From IMG/VR virus record IMGVR_UViG_2932454522_000001, positions 3,061-67,060 of that record: 64,000 nucleotides of DNA. The stretch is one strand, 5' to 3'. Made by a program: the position numbers and the translations under genes. Numbering within the stretch: position 1 is the first letter of the stretch; the number at the start of each line of letters is the position of its first letter. Below the pieces are notes generated by a model. The model made no database searches, was not told the origin of the DNA, and worked only from the letters and a program-made list of their open reading frames with translations. This document shows, piece after piece, positions 1 through 8,689 of this stretch. This stretch comes from a virus. Its lineage: Duplodnaviria > Caudoviricetes.

Positions 1-3
1 CTC

Positions 4-927
4 GTGGACGTCAACGGCATCGGGCCCTACCGATCCCGCGCCCGCAAGGGCCGTTCACTCGACACCGACCCCATTCCCGCCCTGTGCGAACTGGTCGAGG
101 TCACCCACAACCGCGTCTCGCAGTGCCTGAAGCTGTGGGAAGCCCTCGGCTACATGGAGAAGGGCGAAGCCGCCCCGCGGACCCTGGCCAACTACACGAT
201 CACGCTGCCGCGCGGCGGCCGGGCCGACTACGCCGAGTTCTTCGCGGTCGTCGCCGAACTGGGCATCAAGCTCGGCACCAAGCGCCGCAACACGACCAAG
301 GCCGTTGCCCACCGCCAGGCGCGCCGCGTCCTCGATGCCGCCCCCGAGGCCGATGGGGTACGTGGCGACGTACCCCAGGACGCCCCGGATTCGGGGTATG
401 TCACGACAGACCCCACTGAGGTACGTCGTGACGTACCTCAACGGGAACGTCATGACGTACCCCCACGCGTACGTCGTGACGTACCCCCTCTTCCTATAGG
501 GGTTTCGGAAACTACGGATAGCTACTGTGATCTCCCAGCTACAGCACCCCGTCCCCGTCCCGAAGCCGACGAACAAACCCCCACTCCGATCCGGCTGCCG
601 CTGCTGAGTGAAGTCCCGGTCCTGACCGACGACGAAGTTCGAGAACGGGCCGACGGCATCCGAAGCCACATGCGTCACGGGAGCGCTCACAAGCCGCCTG
701 AGCCGCGTACGGCTCCGGATGCACACCGGGACACTCGCGACGGGCGGGAAGCGCTCAGGCGAGCCGAGGGCGCCGTCCGCGACCTCGCGGTCGACCTGCG
801 GAACCACCGCATGCGCTGCCGCGCCTGCTGGACCTCGCAGAGTTGTCCAGAAGCGCAGGCCCTCGTCGAGCAGCGCAACGCCGCAGCCCGCGACGCCATG
901 GAGATTGCGCGAGAGGAGTCCGCGTGA
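4..927 (+). CDS. Putative replication initiator protein (probably 5'-truncated by the window)
   Basis: wHTH-like N-terminal part (VSQCLKLWEALGYM), internal iteron-like DNA repeats, C-terminal CxxC..C motif; stop overlaps the next ATG (TGATG). Confidence 0.55.
   Translation: MDVNGIGPYRSRARKGRSLDTDPIPALCELVEVTHNRVSQCLKLWEALGYMEKGEAAPRTLANYTITLPRGGRADYAEFFAVVAELGIKLGTKRRNTTKAVAHRQARRVLDAAPEADGVRGDVPQDAPDSGYVTTDPTEVRRDVPQRERHDVPPRVRRDVPPLPIGVSETTDSYCDLPATAPRPRPEADEQTPTPIRLPLLSEVPVLTDDEVRERADGIRSHMRHGSAHKPPEPRTAPDAHRDTRDGREALRRAEGAVRDLAVDLRNHRMRCRACWTSQSCPEAQALVEQRNAAARDAMEIAREESA
355..487. repeat. Five palindromic iteron-like repeats (gtacgtc-NN-gacgtac), candidate origin of replication
   Basis: Copies at about 355, 393 (degenerate), 418, 443 and 467; the last three have a 24-bp period and are followed by an AT-richer tract at 490-530. 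Confidence 0.7.
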
Positions 928-1220
928 TGTGGCGCAAGCCCAGCGACCTCAAGCCCGGTGAACCATGGACCGTGAAATGCCCGTGGTGCCCGGTGCCGGT
1001 GCAGGGCGGCTGGACCGCCCTGGCCGACCACGCCCAGGTCTGCCACCCCGACCACCCGCCGCCCCGAATACCCAAGCCCCGCACCCCGGCCCAGCGGGCA
1101 CCGCAGCGCAAGGCACCCGACGTCGAGCAACCCGCCCTGTTCGACCTCGACGCCCCGCAGCCCCCGCCTGATGAGCCGGGCATCTTAGAGGCCAATTCAT
1201 GGGCTCAAGAGATGAATTGA
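927..1220 (+). CDS. Small C2H2-like zinc-finger protein
   Basis: CPWC...HAQVCH motif; ATG coupled to the upstream stop; one in-frame TTA codon at 1185. Confidence 0.6.
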   Translation: MWRKPSDLKPGEPWTVKCPWCPVPVQGGWTALADHAQVCHPDHPPPRIPKPRTPAQRAPQRKAPDVEQPALFDLDAPQPPPDEPGILEANSWAQEMN

Positions 1221-1347
1221 CGCTCACGTCCTCGCCAGTAGGAATCAGTCGTACCGTGCGAGTGAATCGCCGCGTGTAGGGCTCTGAGTTCACTACGAGC
1301 CGCGCAGGTTGAACGTTGCCAGGTTTTTGAACGAGAGGAACGACCCC

Positions 1348-1926
1348 ATGGCCATGGCCTTGGAGACCGGCAGCGATACGGACCAACTCCTGCGCTGCAT
1401 GCTCACTTTGACCTTGAACCAGCACGACCGGATGCCCTACCCCGTCACGGCTTACCGACTCGACTGGCAGCCCACCCCGGGCCTGCCGACTGGCGGCATG
1501 CCGACCGCGCAGATCTATCCCGGGGCCGAGCACTTCACCGACACACCCCAGCTGGACGCCACTGCCTCGCGCTTCGCGGCCCGGCTCGCGTCGGTCGGCG
1601 CTGTCACCGATCCGGCCGAAGGGTCATGGGACGCGCGGCACTGCTGGGTGCCTCACCGACGCCTCGGCGCCGCGCTCGTTGTGGAGATCGACGCACTGCC
1701 GGAGTTCGACGATCAGACCGTGCGCCAGGTGCTCGCCTACGACCTCGCTGGCACCTTCATCTCGATCGTGCAGACGCCCGCGGACGAAGGCCCGCGCTGG
1801 TGGATCGCTCCGCACGACGCCGAGCCGTACGGGGACAAGGCCGCCTCGATCGACTACGCGACGGTCAGGCCGCAGCTGGAGCCGCTGGCCTGGGCTCACG
1901 TGCACGGGGTGAACGGGATCGAATAA
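1348..1926 (+). CDS. Hypothetical protein
   Basis: GAGAGGA SD before the ATG; high GC3 codon bias. Confidence 0.65.
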   Translation: MAMALETGSDTDQLLRCMLTLTLNQHDRMPYPVTAYRLDWQPTPGLPTGGMPTAQIYPGAEHFTDTPQLDATASRFAARLASVGAVTDPAEGSWDARHCWVPHRRLGAALVVEIDALPEFDDQTVRQVLAYDLAGTFISIVQTPADEGPRWWIAPHDAEPYGDKAASIDYATVRPQLEPLAWAHVHGVNGIE

Positions 1927-2009
1927 GGAACCCGGTTCCTGTCGCCGTTACCGACAAGAACCGGGCCCGAAGCCAACTCAACCGCACATAGATCAACATT
2001 CGATAAACG

Positions 2010-2051
2010 GAAGGCCCAGGGCGGGGCCGCTGTGACCTGCTCTGGGCCTTC
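2010..2051 (+). terminator. Stem-loop, putative terminator
   Basis: gaaggcccagggcggg...cctgctctgggccttc inverted repeat; a second hairpin lies at about 1932-1964. Confidence 0.45.
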
Positions 2052-2288
2052 GCTATGCCCCAAAACAGAAGGACACATTCATGCCCAACACCCGAATATG
2101 TGGGCTGAGTTCACGCAAAGGACAACTCAAGACCATCAAGCATGAATCGAGTAACCAATGATCACAAAAGCTCCACTTGAACTCACTGAAAGGTCTCAAA
2201 CGCGCGCCGGGACTTCGACACGCGCAGGCGTAAGCGCGCGCACCCTCGACATGTCGACAGCGCCGCACGCGTCGAAGGCGGCTGGCCG

Positions 2289-2561
2289 GTGAACGACCCG
2301 GTGACGTACGCCGACGTCCTCGCCGCGCGCCCCAGGGAGCGGGAGTTGTCCTACGCCGCGCAAGGCGTCCTCGCCCAGCTGCGGACGATGCCGCCCGAGC
2401 TACCCATGACCGCCGAGTCACTGTCGCCCTGGACTGCCGACAACGTCGACCGGATCCGCGGGTGCCTGCGCGAACTCGCTGCCCGCCGCTGGCTCGTGCG
2501 CTTCGACTACGAGGGCCTGGCCGACAACGAGGCCTACTACCTGCCCAGGGGGCTGGTGTGA
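2289..2561 (+). CDS. Small winged-HTH DNA-binding protein
   Basis: LSYAAQGVLAQL...IRGCLRELAARRWLVR pattern, typical of phage replication-type wHTH domains. Confidence 0.55.
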   Translation: MNDPVTYADVLAARPRERELSYAAQGVLAQLRTMPPELPMTAESLSPWTADNVDRIRGCLRELAARRWLVRFDYEGLADNEAYYLPRGLV

Positions 2562-2776
2562 AGAACCAGCGCATGACGGTGCCCATGGTCGTCGACGTCG
2601 TGACCAGCGTCGAGGGCGACCCCGACACTCGCGCCGTGATCGCCTCCGCGACATTCACCGTCGAGGGCGAGCGCGCCGACGAAATCCAGACCCGCTACTG
2701 CCGCGAGGTCGCCAAGGCCCTGCGGGACCTGGCCGATCAGCTCGACAACTCGACATGGAGAGAATGCGATGAGTGA
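2558..2776 (+). CDS. Hypothetical protein
   Basis: GTGA overlap with the upstream stop; part of a coupled ORF chain. Confidence 0.55.
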   Translation: MKNQRMTVPMVVDVVTSVEGDPDTRAVIASATFTVEGERADEIQTRYCREVAKALRDLADQLDNSTWRECDE

Positions 2777-2972
2777 GCCCGAGGTGTGGGACGAGGGCGA
2801 CGCGCACATGGTGCGCCCCGTCGATCCGCACAAGTATTGCCACCTTCAGGGCCGCCACGACTGCCAGGCATCCGCCGGCGAGCTGACGCCCGAGCAGCGC
2901 GCCGAGCGCATCAAGGCCCTTCGCGCCCTGGTCTCGCGCCGTAAGACGCCCGGCACGGTGGGGCGCACGTGA
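2769..2972 (+). CDS. Hypothetical protein
   Basis: GGAG SD; coupled ORF chain. Confidence 0.55.
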   Translation: MSEPEVWDEGDAHMVRPVDPHKYCHLQGRHDCQASAGELTPEQRAERIKALRALVSRRKTPGTVGRT

Positions 2973-3178
2973 TGCGTACCTTCAAGCGGACCCGCTCGGG
3001 CGACGAATACGAGGTCCTGGACGCGCGGGAGCTCGCGGAGATCGCGGCGAACTGCGCGTCGTGGGTGTACATCTGCGGCTACTGCGGCACGCCCATTCAG
3101 GGCGGCACGCGCGCCGTGGACGACCACATGAGCATCGTCCACGACGACTGCGACCGCCACTTGGTGAGGCGTCGGTGA
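2969..3178 (+). CDS. Small Cys/His (zinc-binding) hypothetical protein
   Basis: CGYCG...HDDC motif; overlapping start/stop codons at both ends. Confidence 0.55.
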   Translation: MMRTFKRTRSGDEYEVLDARELAEIAANCASWVYICGYCGTPIQGGTRAVDDHMSIVHDDCDRHLVRRR

Positions 3179-3531
3179 GCGCCCGGGGGCTACGGCTGTT
3201 CCACGGGGGAGTCGCCGGCCTGGAGCGCGGCGACGTCATCCTCCCGGCCGCCGTGACGGGCAAGACGCATCCGCCGGGGCCCCACCAGCCGCACTACGAC
3301 CCGCGACGCGTGTACGCGACGGAACTGCGCTGGTACGCACAGCTTTTCGCGCACGGGCAGAGCGGCGACATCTACCGTGTCCGCCCGCTCGGGGTGCGGC
3401 TGCCCGACCGTGACTGCCGCCAGTCGTGGGTGTGCCAAGGGGCTGTGGTCCTGTCGGTGGAACAGCGCGCGCCGGTGGGGGAGCCCGAGCGACTTAAGCG
3501 ACTTAAGCGACTGGGGCTCGTGATCGCATGA
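3175..3531 (+). CDS. Arr-like ADP-ribosyltransferase domain protein
   Basis: LFHGGxxGLxxGDxILP, VYAT and GxIYRVxPxG..PDxD motifs in the same order as in rifampin ADP-ribosyltransferase (Arr) family proteins. Confidence 0.6.
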   Translation: MSARGLRLFHGGVAGLERGDVILPAAVTGKTHPPGPHQPHYDPRRVYATELRWYAQLFAHGQSGDIYRVRPLGVRLPDRDCRQSWVCQGAVVLSVEQRAPVGEPERLKRLKRLGLVIA

Positions 3532-3857
3532 CGAATATGACCGGTCCTGGACAAGTCCCGTCGTCGCGTTGTCAGTTCACGCGCTGCCCGGCATGTTCGC
3601 AGCCCACCCACGTGCACCCGTGCATAGACGGCTCGACCGTCGCCATGGCCCCGAGGAAGTACCCGGCCGACCAGCTTCCGCCGGTGCTGTGGCGTCACCT
3701 CGTGCACGGTGTCGTGCGGCTCGGCGCCGACCCGCGCGAGCCGTGGGTGGTGATGCTGGAGCACGCAGAGGTCTGCCCGGCCGAACATCCAACAGACCTG
3801 CTGGCGTGGCTGCGTCGGCCCCGGGCGCTGCGTTCGCAGGCTGACTCTGACAATTAG
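3528..3857 (+). CDS. Hypothetical zinc-binding protein
   Basis: CPAC...HxxxC motif; ATGA coupling. Confidence 0.55.
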   Translation: MTNMTGPGQVPSSRCQFTRCPACSQPTHVHPCIDGSTVAMAPRKYPADQLPPVLWRHLVHGVVRLGADPREPWVVMLEHAEVCPAEHPTDLLAWLRRPRALRSQADSDN

Positions 3858-3948
3858 TCGTGCCTCCTTTTGGAGGACGAAGTGCGGAGTAATTGTCCAC
3901 GGTTCGTTTCTTGACGGACACGGCCGCCGTGAGGCAAGCTCTCCGCTC

Positions 3949-4716
3949 ATGAGGATCACCGGCTGCGATCGACGCCTCGCTATCAATGAGGTGCGCGCCC
4001 AGGGCGCTCGCCAGGCATCCGCTCCCGGTGACCTGGTGAGACAAGCCAAGCGCTTGGTGGAGAAGGCGGAAGAACTGCTGGAGCAGGCAGTCATCGCCGA
4101 GCGCGACCGCAGTACCTCGTGGGAGCAGATCGGGCAGGCCCTCGGAGGCCAGACGAAGTCGGCAGCACACAAGCGCTTTGCCTCAGTCGTGACCGAGCAC
4201 TTCGCTCACCTGGACGACGTGACTTACGAGGACGAGGCGTCCGGGGAGGAAATCCCCATCGTCCACACCTTCGACGTGGCCTACGCCCTGCTGGAGGAGA
4301 CGTGGGACGAGGCTGCACACATCGTCCAGAGCCAGGATGTGCTTGAGGGACTGCGCTCCGCCACGCTTGCTGCGTCGGGCGTCCGGGCGCCCGACAACCC
4401 CTCCAGAGTCGAAGCGGAATGGACCGGCTGGGAGTCCGGAGTCAGACGAGCCGAGTTGCTTCACAGTCTGACCGAGTACCTGCAAGCGGCGTTCAGAATG
4501 CCGGACGAGGAGTTCTCGCAGGGGCGAGTCTCGCTACCGCGCCGCACGACTCTTCCGCGGGCGTTCATCGACGTCGTCGACTTCGTGCGTCTCGACGCGC
4601 GCCGAAGTGACTACACGCTCCCCAGCGAAACCCCCGAGCGTGATGACCCGGCCGGCCGAAGTGTCGAGGAGAGGCTGACTGCCCTGGAGCGCCGCTTGGA
4701 TGCGCTCGGGCACTGA
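3949..4716 (+). CDS. Hypothetical HTH-containing protein
   Basis: TSWEQIGQALGGQTKSAAHKRF HTH motif; weaker codon bias than its neighbours. Confidence 0.6.
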   Translation: MRITGCDRRLAINEVRAQGARQASAPGDLVRQAKRLVEKAEELLEQAVIAERDRSTSWEQIGQALGGQTKSAAHKRFASVVTEHFAHLDDVTYEDEASGEEIPIVHTFDVAYALLEETWDEAAHIVQSQDVLEGLRSATLAASGVRAPDNPSRVEAEWTGWESGVRRAELLHSLTEYLQAAFRMPDEEFSQGRVSLPRRTTLPRAFIDVVDFVRLDARRSDYTLPSETPERDDPAGRSVEERLTALERRLDALGH

Positions 4717-4835
4717 AGCCGATCGCTCAGAGTGGCGAACTCAGACTCCGGCGCCCCCGCAGCGCCACCTTCGACAGCAACACCCGCGGGGGCGACCGGT
4801 TCACCACCCGAACCGACGAAAGGTCTCAGGTAGTC

Positions 4836-5045
4836 ATGTCCAGTATGCAGTCCCTCTTCGAGCGCGGTGAAGAGCCTAGGCGGCCCAAGGTGCTGCTGGT
4901 TGCTCTCGCGACCGGCTACGCAGGTGGGTACGCCGCTGCGCTCGGCGCGACGGGCGGCCCGGTCGAATCGTCCACGTCCGCTGCTGCGGCCCTTGTGCAG
5001 GGGGTGGTGGCCGCCGTCGTGTGGACGGTCTGGCCGCGTCGCTGA
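4836..5045 (+). CDS. Small membrane protein
   Basis: Two hydrophobic segments and a basic C-terminus. Confidence 0.4.
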   Translation: MSSMQSLFERGEEPRRPKVLLVALATGYAGGYAAALGATGGPVESSTSAAAALVQGVVAAVVWTVWPRR

Positions 5046-5239
5046 CCGCGACGGCCTGAACCGCTGCCGCGTCCCTGGTCACCGGGGCGCGGCAGCGCCA
5101 TGCTCGCCCTCCCTGCACACGTAACTGCCCGCAACGAAGGCCCGGTCCTGTACCGCAACATAACGTGACAATCGGCTGCTGAGTGTTGCTACTGCTAGTC
5201 AGTAGCGTGCTCGTCCTGTACTGCGGATAATCGGGACTC

Positions 5240-5545
5240 ATGAGCACCGATCACATACAGAACATCGCGCAGACCGCCCGCGCGAAGTACCCGGCGGGTC
5301 GGTGCCTGACGCTCCCGCGCTCCGCGACGATCCACGAGACGAGCCTGAAGCGCTGGAAGGGCGAGTGGGTCCCCGGCCCGGCCTGCCACGTCGGCACCTT
5401 CCAGGACGTCGCCGACACCGGCATCAGCGTCTACGGCCCCTCAACCTGCCAGCGCACCCGGTGCCGCGAGATGCGCGAAGCGCGCGCCGGCCTCAACCTG
5501 CCGAACTGGCCCGAGCACTTCCAGATGGAGTTGTTCGCCGCCTGA
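5240..5545 (+). CDS. Hypothetical protein
   Basis: Good codon bias; Cys motifs; ends in QMELFAA. Confidence 0.6.
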   Translation: MSTDHIQNIAQTARAKYPAGRCLTLPRSATIHETSLKRWKGEWVPGPACHVGTFQDVADTGISVYGPSTCQRTRCREMREARAGLNLPNWPEHFQMELFAA

Positions 5546-5789
5546 AAAGCGCAACAACATCCGCCGCTCGAACGATAGTTGTACGGTGAGTGTAGTCCGG
5601 GACTCTGGAACAAGCGCCCGAATCGCGGATCTCCCCGAGGCTGTCGGCGGTGTCGGGGTGCCTCCGCTATGGTGAAACCATCAGCCAACCCCCTCTTAGC
5701 GGTGCGGATGGTTGGTGGATGGTCGAGCGCCCCGAACTCACAGGCGGGGCGTCCGATCGAATTGCCCGCCCGGGACCCCGGTGGGTGCA

Positions 5790-5844
5790 CGCCCGACGGC
5801 GTGCGCCTACAAGCGCGTCGTCGGGCGTTCTGCTTTTTCGTCTT
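5790..5844 (+). terminator. Intrinsic terminator-like hairpin with U-rich tail
   Basis: cgcccgacggcgtgc...gcgcgtcgtcgggcg followed by ttctgctttttcgtctt. Confidence 0.55.
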
Positions 5845-6211
5845 CGTGCCCGTTCGGGCCGCACATGGCATGCTGCCCGATTGCTCGTTTATTCGACGCC
5901 CGCTGAATTGCGCGAGTTAGAGTGATCGAGCCGACTCACGACGGATTCGGTGAGGGACGGGCGCCCGGTCGGCTGGGCGCCCGTTTCCAATTACCGTCCG
6001 CGAAGGCGTAATTGATCATTTCTGCCGCCGTTGATGACTCCGGCGGCCCGGGGCCCACGCGGCTCGCCGTCCCAGCTGAGGTGCACCGGGGGACGGGAGT
6101 TGGCACAGATCCGGGCATGGCAGGGCGCGCCCTCAGGGGAGGCTTCGCGTGCGTACCCATCCGGCGCGCCCTGCCGTTGCCGTCGCGATCAACTCCGTTA
6201 AGTGATCGCGG

Positions 6212-6228
6212 TGTTACCTTCGGTAACA
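6212..6228. promoter_or_regulatory. Palindromic operator abutting a start codon
   Basis: TGTTACC-ttc-GGTAACA perfect inverted repeat, ending on the A of the ATG at 6228. Confidence 0.5.
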
Positions 6229-6470
6229 TGACGAAGCGTTTGAAAGGGACGGAACGCCGCGAAACGGCCGCCCGGCTCCGCGCCGCCTACGAAGGCGGCT
6301 ACAGCATCCGCCAGTGCGTGACCCTCTCCGCCCTGTCCTACGGCTGCACGCGCCGCCTGCTGATCGAGGCAGGAACGAAACTGCGTAACTCCGGCCCTGT
6401 CCAGCGCCGCAACACGGCTGCCAGCGAAGTGATCGTCTCCATCCCCGCCCAGCGCACCACCGACGCCTGA
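6228..6470 (+). CDS. HTH DNA-binding protein (actinobacterial HTH_58-like)
   Basis: LRAAYEGGYSIR...SYGCTRRLLIEAGTKLR motif. Confidence 0.75.
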   Translation: MTKRLKGTERRETAARLRAAYEGGYSIRQCVTLSALSYGCTRRLLIEAGTKLRNSGPVQRRNTAASEVIVSIPAQRTTDA

Positions 6471-6772
6471 TGCCCTCCCACCTCGTCCGCGAGATCCCGC
6501 GCCGCCACACACCCGAACGGCGCGCCCTCGCCCAGGAGCTGAAGGACGAATACGCGTGGGGTGACCTCAGCATCCTCGACCTCGCTGCCATGTTCGGCCT
6601 CGCCCCGACCACCACGCGCACGCTGCTCGTCGAAGCCGGCGCCGTCATGCGCCGGGGCCCGCGGCCCGACCCCTCCTTCGACACCATCGCCCCCGACGGC
6701 ATCCCGCACCGCCAGGTCCCCGGCCTGCTCGGCACGCTGCCCCTCCACACACTGCACAAGGACTACGCATGA
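6470..6772 (+). CDS. Second HTH_58-like DNA-binding protein
   Basis: ELKDEY...SILDLA...TTRTLLVEAGAVMR; paralogous to the upstream gene. Confidence 0.7.
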   Translation: MPSHLVREIPRRHTPERRALAQELKDEYAWGDLSILDLAAMFGLAPTTTRTLLVEAGAVMRRGPRPDPSFDTIAPDGIPHRQVPGLLGTLPLHTLHKDYA

Positions 6773-6996
6773 TCGGACCCGCCGAACTGGCCACTCGCTT
6801 CACCTTCCACCCCGCCAGCGCCGACCAGGCCGCGAAGTACGAGGAGCTGCGCGCCCTCGCCCTCAACATGGCCCTGGTCATCGACGAGCACGTCCCCGAC
6901 TGCCGGGAAAAGTCGCTGTCGCTGACGAAGTTGGACGAGGTCGTCATGCACGCCAACGCGGGCATCGCCCGCCGCGAGGACGGCGCCGGCCGATGA
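6769..6996 (+). CDS. Acb2/Tad1-like helical-hairpin protein (candidate nucleotide-signal sponge)
   Basis: RFTFHP...Q..KYEELR...PDCREKSLSLTKLDEVVMHANAGIAR matches the Acb2/Tad1 hairpin-family pattern. Confidence 0.7.
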   Translation: MIGPAELATRFTFHPASADQAAKYEELRALALNMALVIDEHVPDCREKSLSLTKLDEVVMHANAGIARREDGAGR

Positions 6997-7586
6997 GCGA
7001 ACCCACCTGCGCCCCGGAACTCCAGGGCCTGCTCCAGCCCATCGACTCCGTCACCCGCTACCCGGGCAACCCCAAGCGCCACGACCTCGACACGATCAAG
7101 GAATCCATCTCCCGTTTCGGGTTCTGGCGCGCGATCGTCGTGCAGGAGTCCACCGGTCACGTCCTGGCCGGCAACGGGCAGCACGAGGCCGCCCAGCAAC
7201 TCGGCGCCACCGTCGTGCCCGTCGTCCGCGTCGACGTGGACGACGACGACGCCAAGCGCATCGTGCTGATGGACAACCGCTCAGGGGAGAAGGGCGGCGG
7301 CTACGACGACGAGCTGCTGGCCGAGCTGCTGAAGGACGTGCAGTCCACCGAGGGCGGCTTGGACGGCTCCGGCTTCGCGGACGACGACGTCGACGCCCTC
7401 CTGGCGAAGATGACCCGCGACGCCCTCGGCGACGACGAAGGCGACTTCGAGGGCGGCGACGCCGACGAGGGCGACTACAACCCGTTCTGGGGCGTCGTCG
7501 TCACCGCCGACGACGAGGACCACCAGGCCGAACTCCTCGACCGGTTCGCCGGCCAAGGCCTCACGGTCAAGGCGGTCATGTCGTGA
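6993..7586 (+). CDS. ParB/Srx N-terminal domain protein (phage DNA-modification-associated type)
   Basis: YPGNPKRHD..IKESISRFGF..AIVV...VLAGNG...DNR motifs and an acidic tail. Confidence 0.8.
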   Translation: MSEPTCAPELQGLLQPIDSVTRYPGNPKRHDLDTIKESISRFGFWRAIVVQESTGHVLAGNGQHEAAQQLGATVVPVVRVDVDDDDAKRIVLMDNRSGEKGGGYDDELLAELLKDVQSTEGGLDGSGFADDDVDALLAKMTRDALGDDEGDFEGGDADEGDYNPFWGVVVTADDEDHQAELLDRFAGQGLTVKAVMS

Positions 7587-8689
7587 CCGCTTCGGTGTCC
7601 TTCGAGGTCGCCTGCGAAGTCGAGCCCACCGCCCGGGTGCAGCAGGTGTGCTCCATGTTCGACGTCGAGGACGCCCACGCCAAGCGCACCGCCTGGACGA
7701 TCCCCGCGCCGCTGGACGACAAGCCGTGGTCGGTCGGCCTGATCGTCGGCCCCTCCGGAGCGGGCAAGTCCACACTCGCGCGGCACCTGTTCCCCGAGCA
7801 GATGGCCGCCTCCCCGGTCTGGGATCAGCGGGCGATCGTCGACAACTTCCCCGAGGGGCTGTCGGTGCGCGACGTCGTCGCCCTGCTCGGCTCGGTCGGC
7901 CTGTCCTCGCCGCCCGCCTGGCTGCGCCCCCGTCACGTCCTGTCCGGCGGCGAGGGCTTCCGCGCCGACGTCGCCCGCCACCTCGCCGCAACCGAAGCCG
8001 GCGGCACGGCCGTAGTCGACGAATGGACCTCGGTTGTGGACCGTCAGGTGGCCAAGGTCGCCTCGCACACGGCCGCGAAGACCGTCCGCAAGACCGGCAA
8101 GCGCCTCGTAGCGGTGACGTGCCACTACGACGTGACGGACTGGCTCCAGCCGGACTGGGTCATCGACGTCGCCGACGCGGCGTTCGCCTGGAGGACGGTT
8201 CAACCCCGACCCGGGCTCCGCCTCACCATCGAGCAGATCAACGGCCGCACGGTCTGGCCGCGCTTTGCACGTCACCACTATCTGAGCGCCAGCCTCAACA
8301 GCGCCTCGCAGTGCTTCGGCGCGTTCACCGACGACGGCACGATGGTGGCCTTCGCCAGCTACATCCACTTCCCGCACCCCAAGGTGCCGAACCTGAAGAT
8401 GGCCCACCGCATCGTGTGCCTGCCCGACTATCAGGGCCTCGGCATCGGCGCCTACCTCACCGCCTGGCTCGGCCAGTACCTGTGGGACAAGCGCCAGCGC
8501 TTTCGCATCACCTCGGCGCACCCGGCCGTCATCGGCGCCTGCACCCGCTCCCCGCGCTGGAAACCCGCCGGCGGCAACGGGCGGGTGCGCTCCATGAAGT
8601 CGCTGACGTTCACCGGCACCAAGGAGTGGAAGCAGTCACCGCGGGCGTTCTCGACGCGGACCTTCGAATACACCGCCCCCAGGGCTTAG
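7583..8689 (+). CDS. ABC-type ATPase fused to a GNAT acetyltransferase
   Basis: Walker A GPSGAGKS, signature LSGGE, Walker B VVDE, H-loop VTCH; GNAT motif A RIVCLPDYQGLGIG. Confidence 0.85.
   Translation: MTASVSFEVACEVEPTARVQQVCSMFDVEDAHAKRTAWTIPAPLDDKPWSVGLIVGPSGAGKSTLARHLFPEQMAASPVWDQRAIVDNFPEGLSVRDVVALLGSVGLSSPPAWLRPRHVLSGGEGFRADVARHLAATEAGGTAVVDEWTSVVDRQVAKVASHTAAKTVRKTGKRLVAVTCHYDVTDWLQPDWVIDVADAAFAWRTVQPRPGLRLTIEQINGRTVWPRFARHHYLSASLNSASQCFGAFTDDGTMVAFASYIHFPHPKVPNLKMAHRIVCLPDYQGLGIGAYLTAWLGQYLWDKRQRFRITSAHPAVIGACTRSPRWKPAGGNGRVRSMKSLTFTGTKEWKQSPRAFSTRTFEYTAPRA

Noticed and set aside
3175-3531. Bona fide rifampicin-resistance gene arr
   Set aside because: Only the fold motifs are shared; the protein is shorter, lacks recognisable Arr-specific segments and sits in an early phage gene context.
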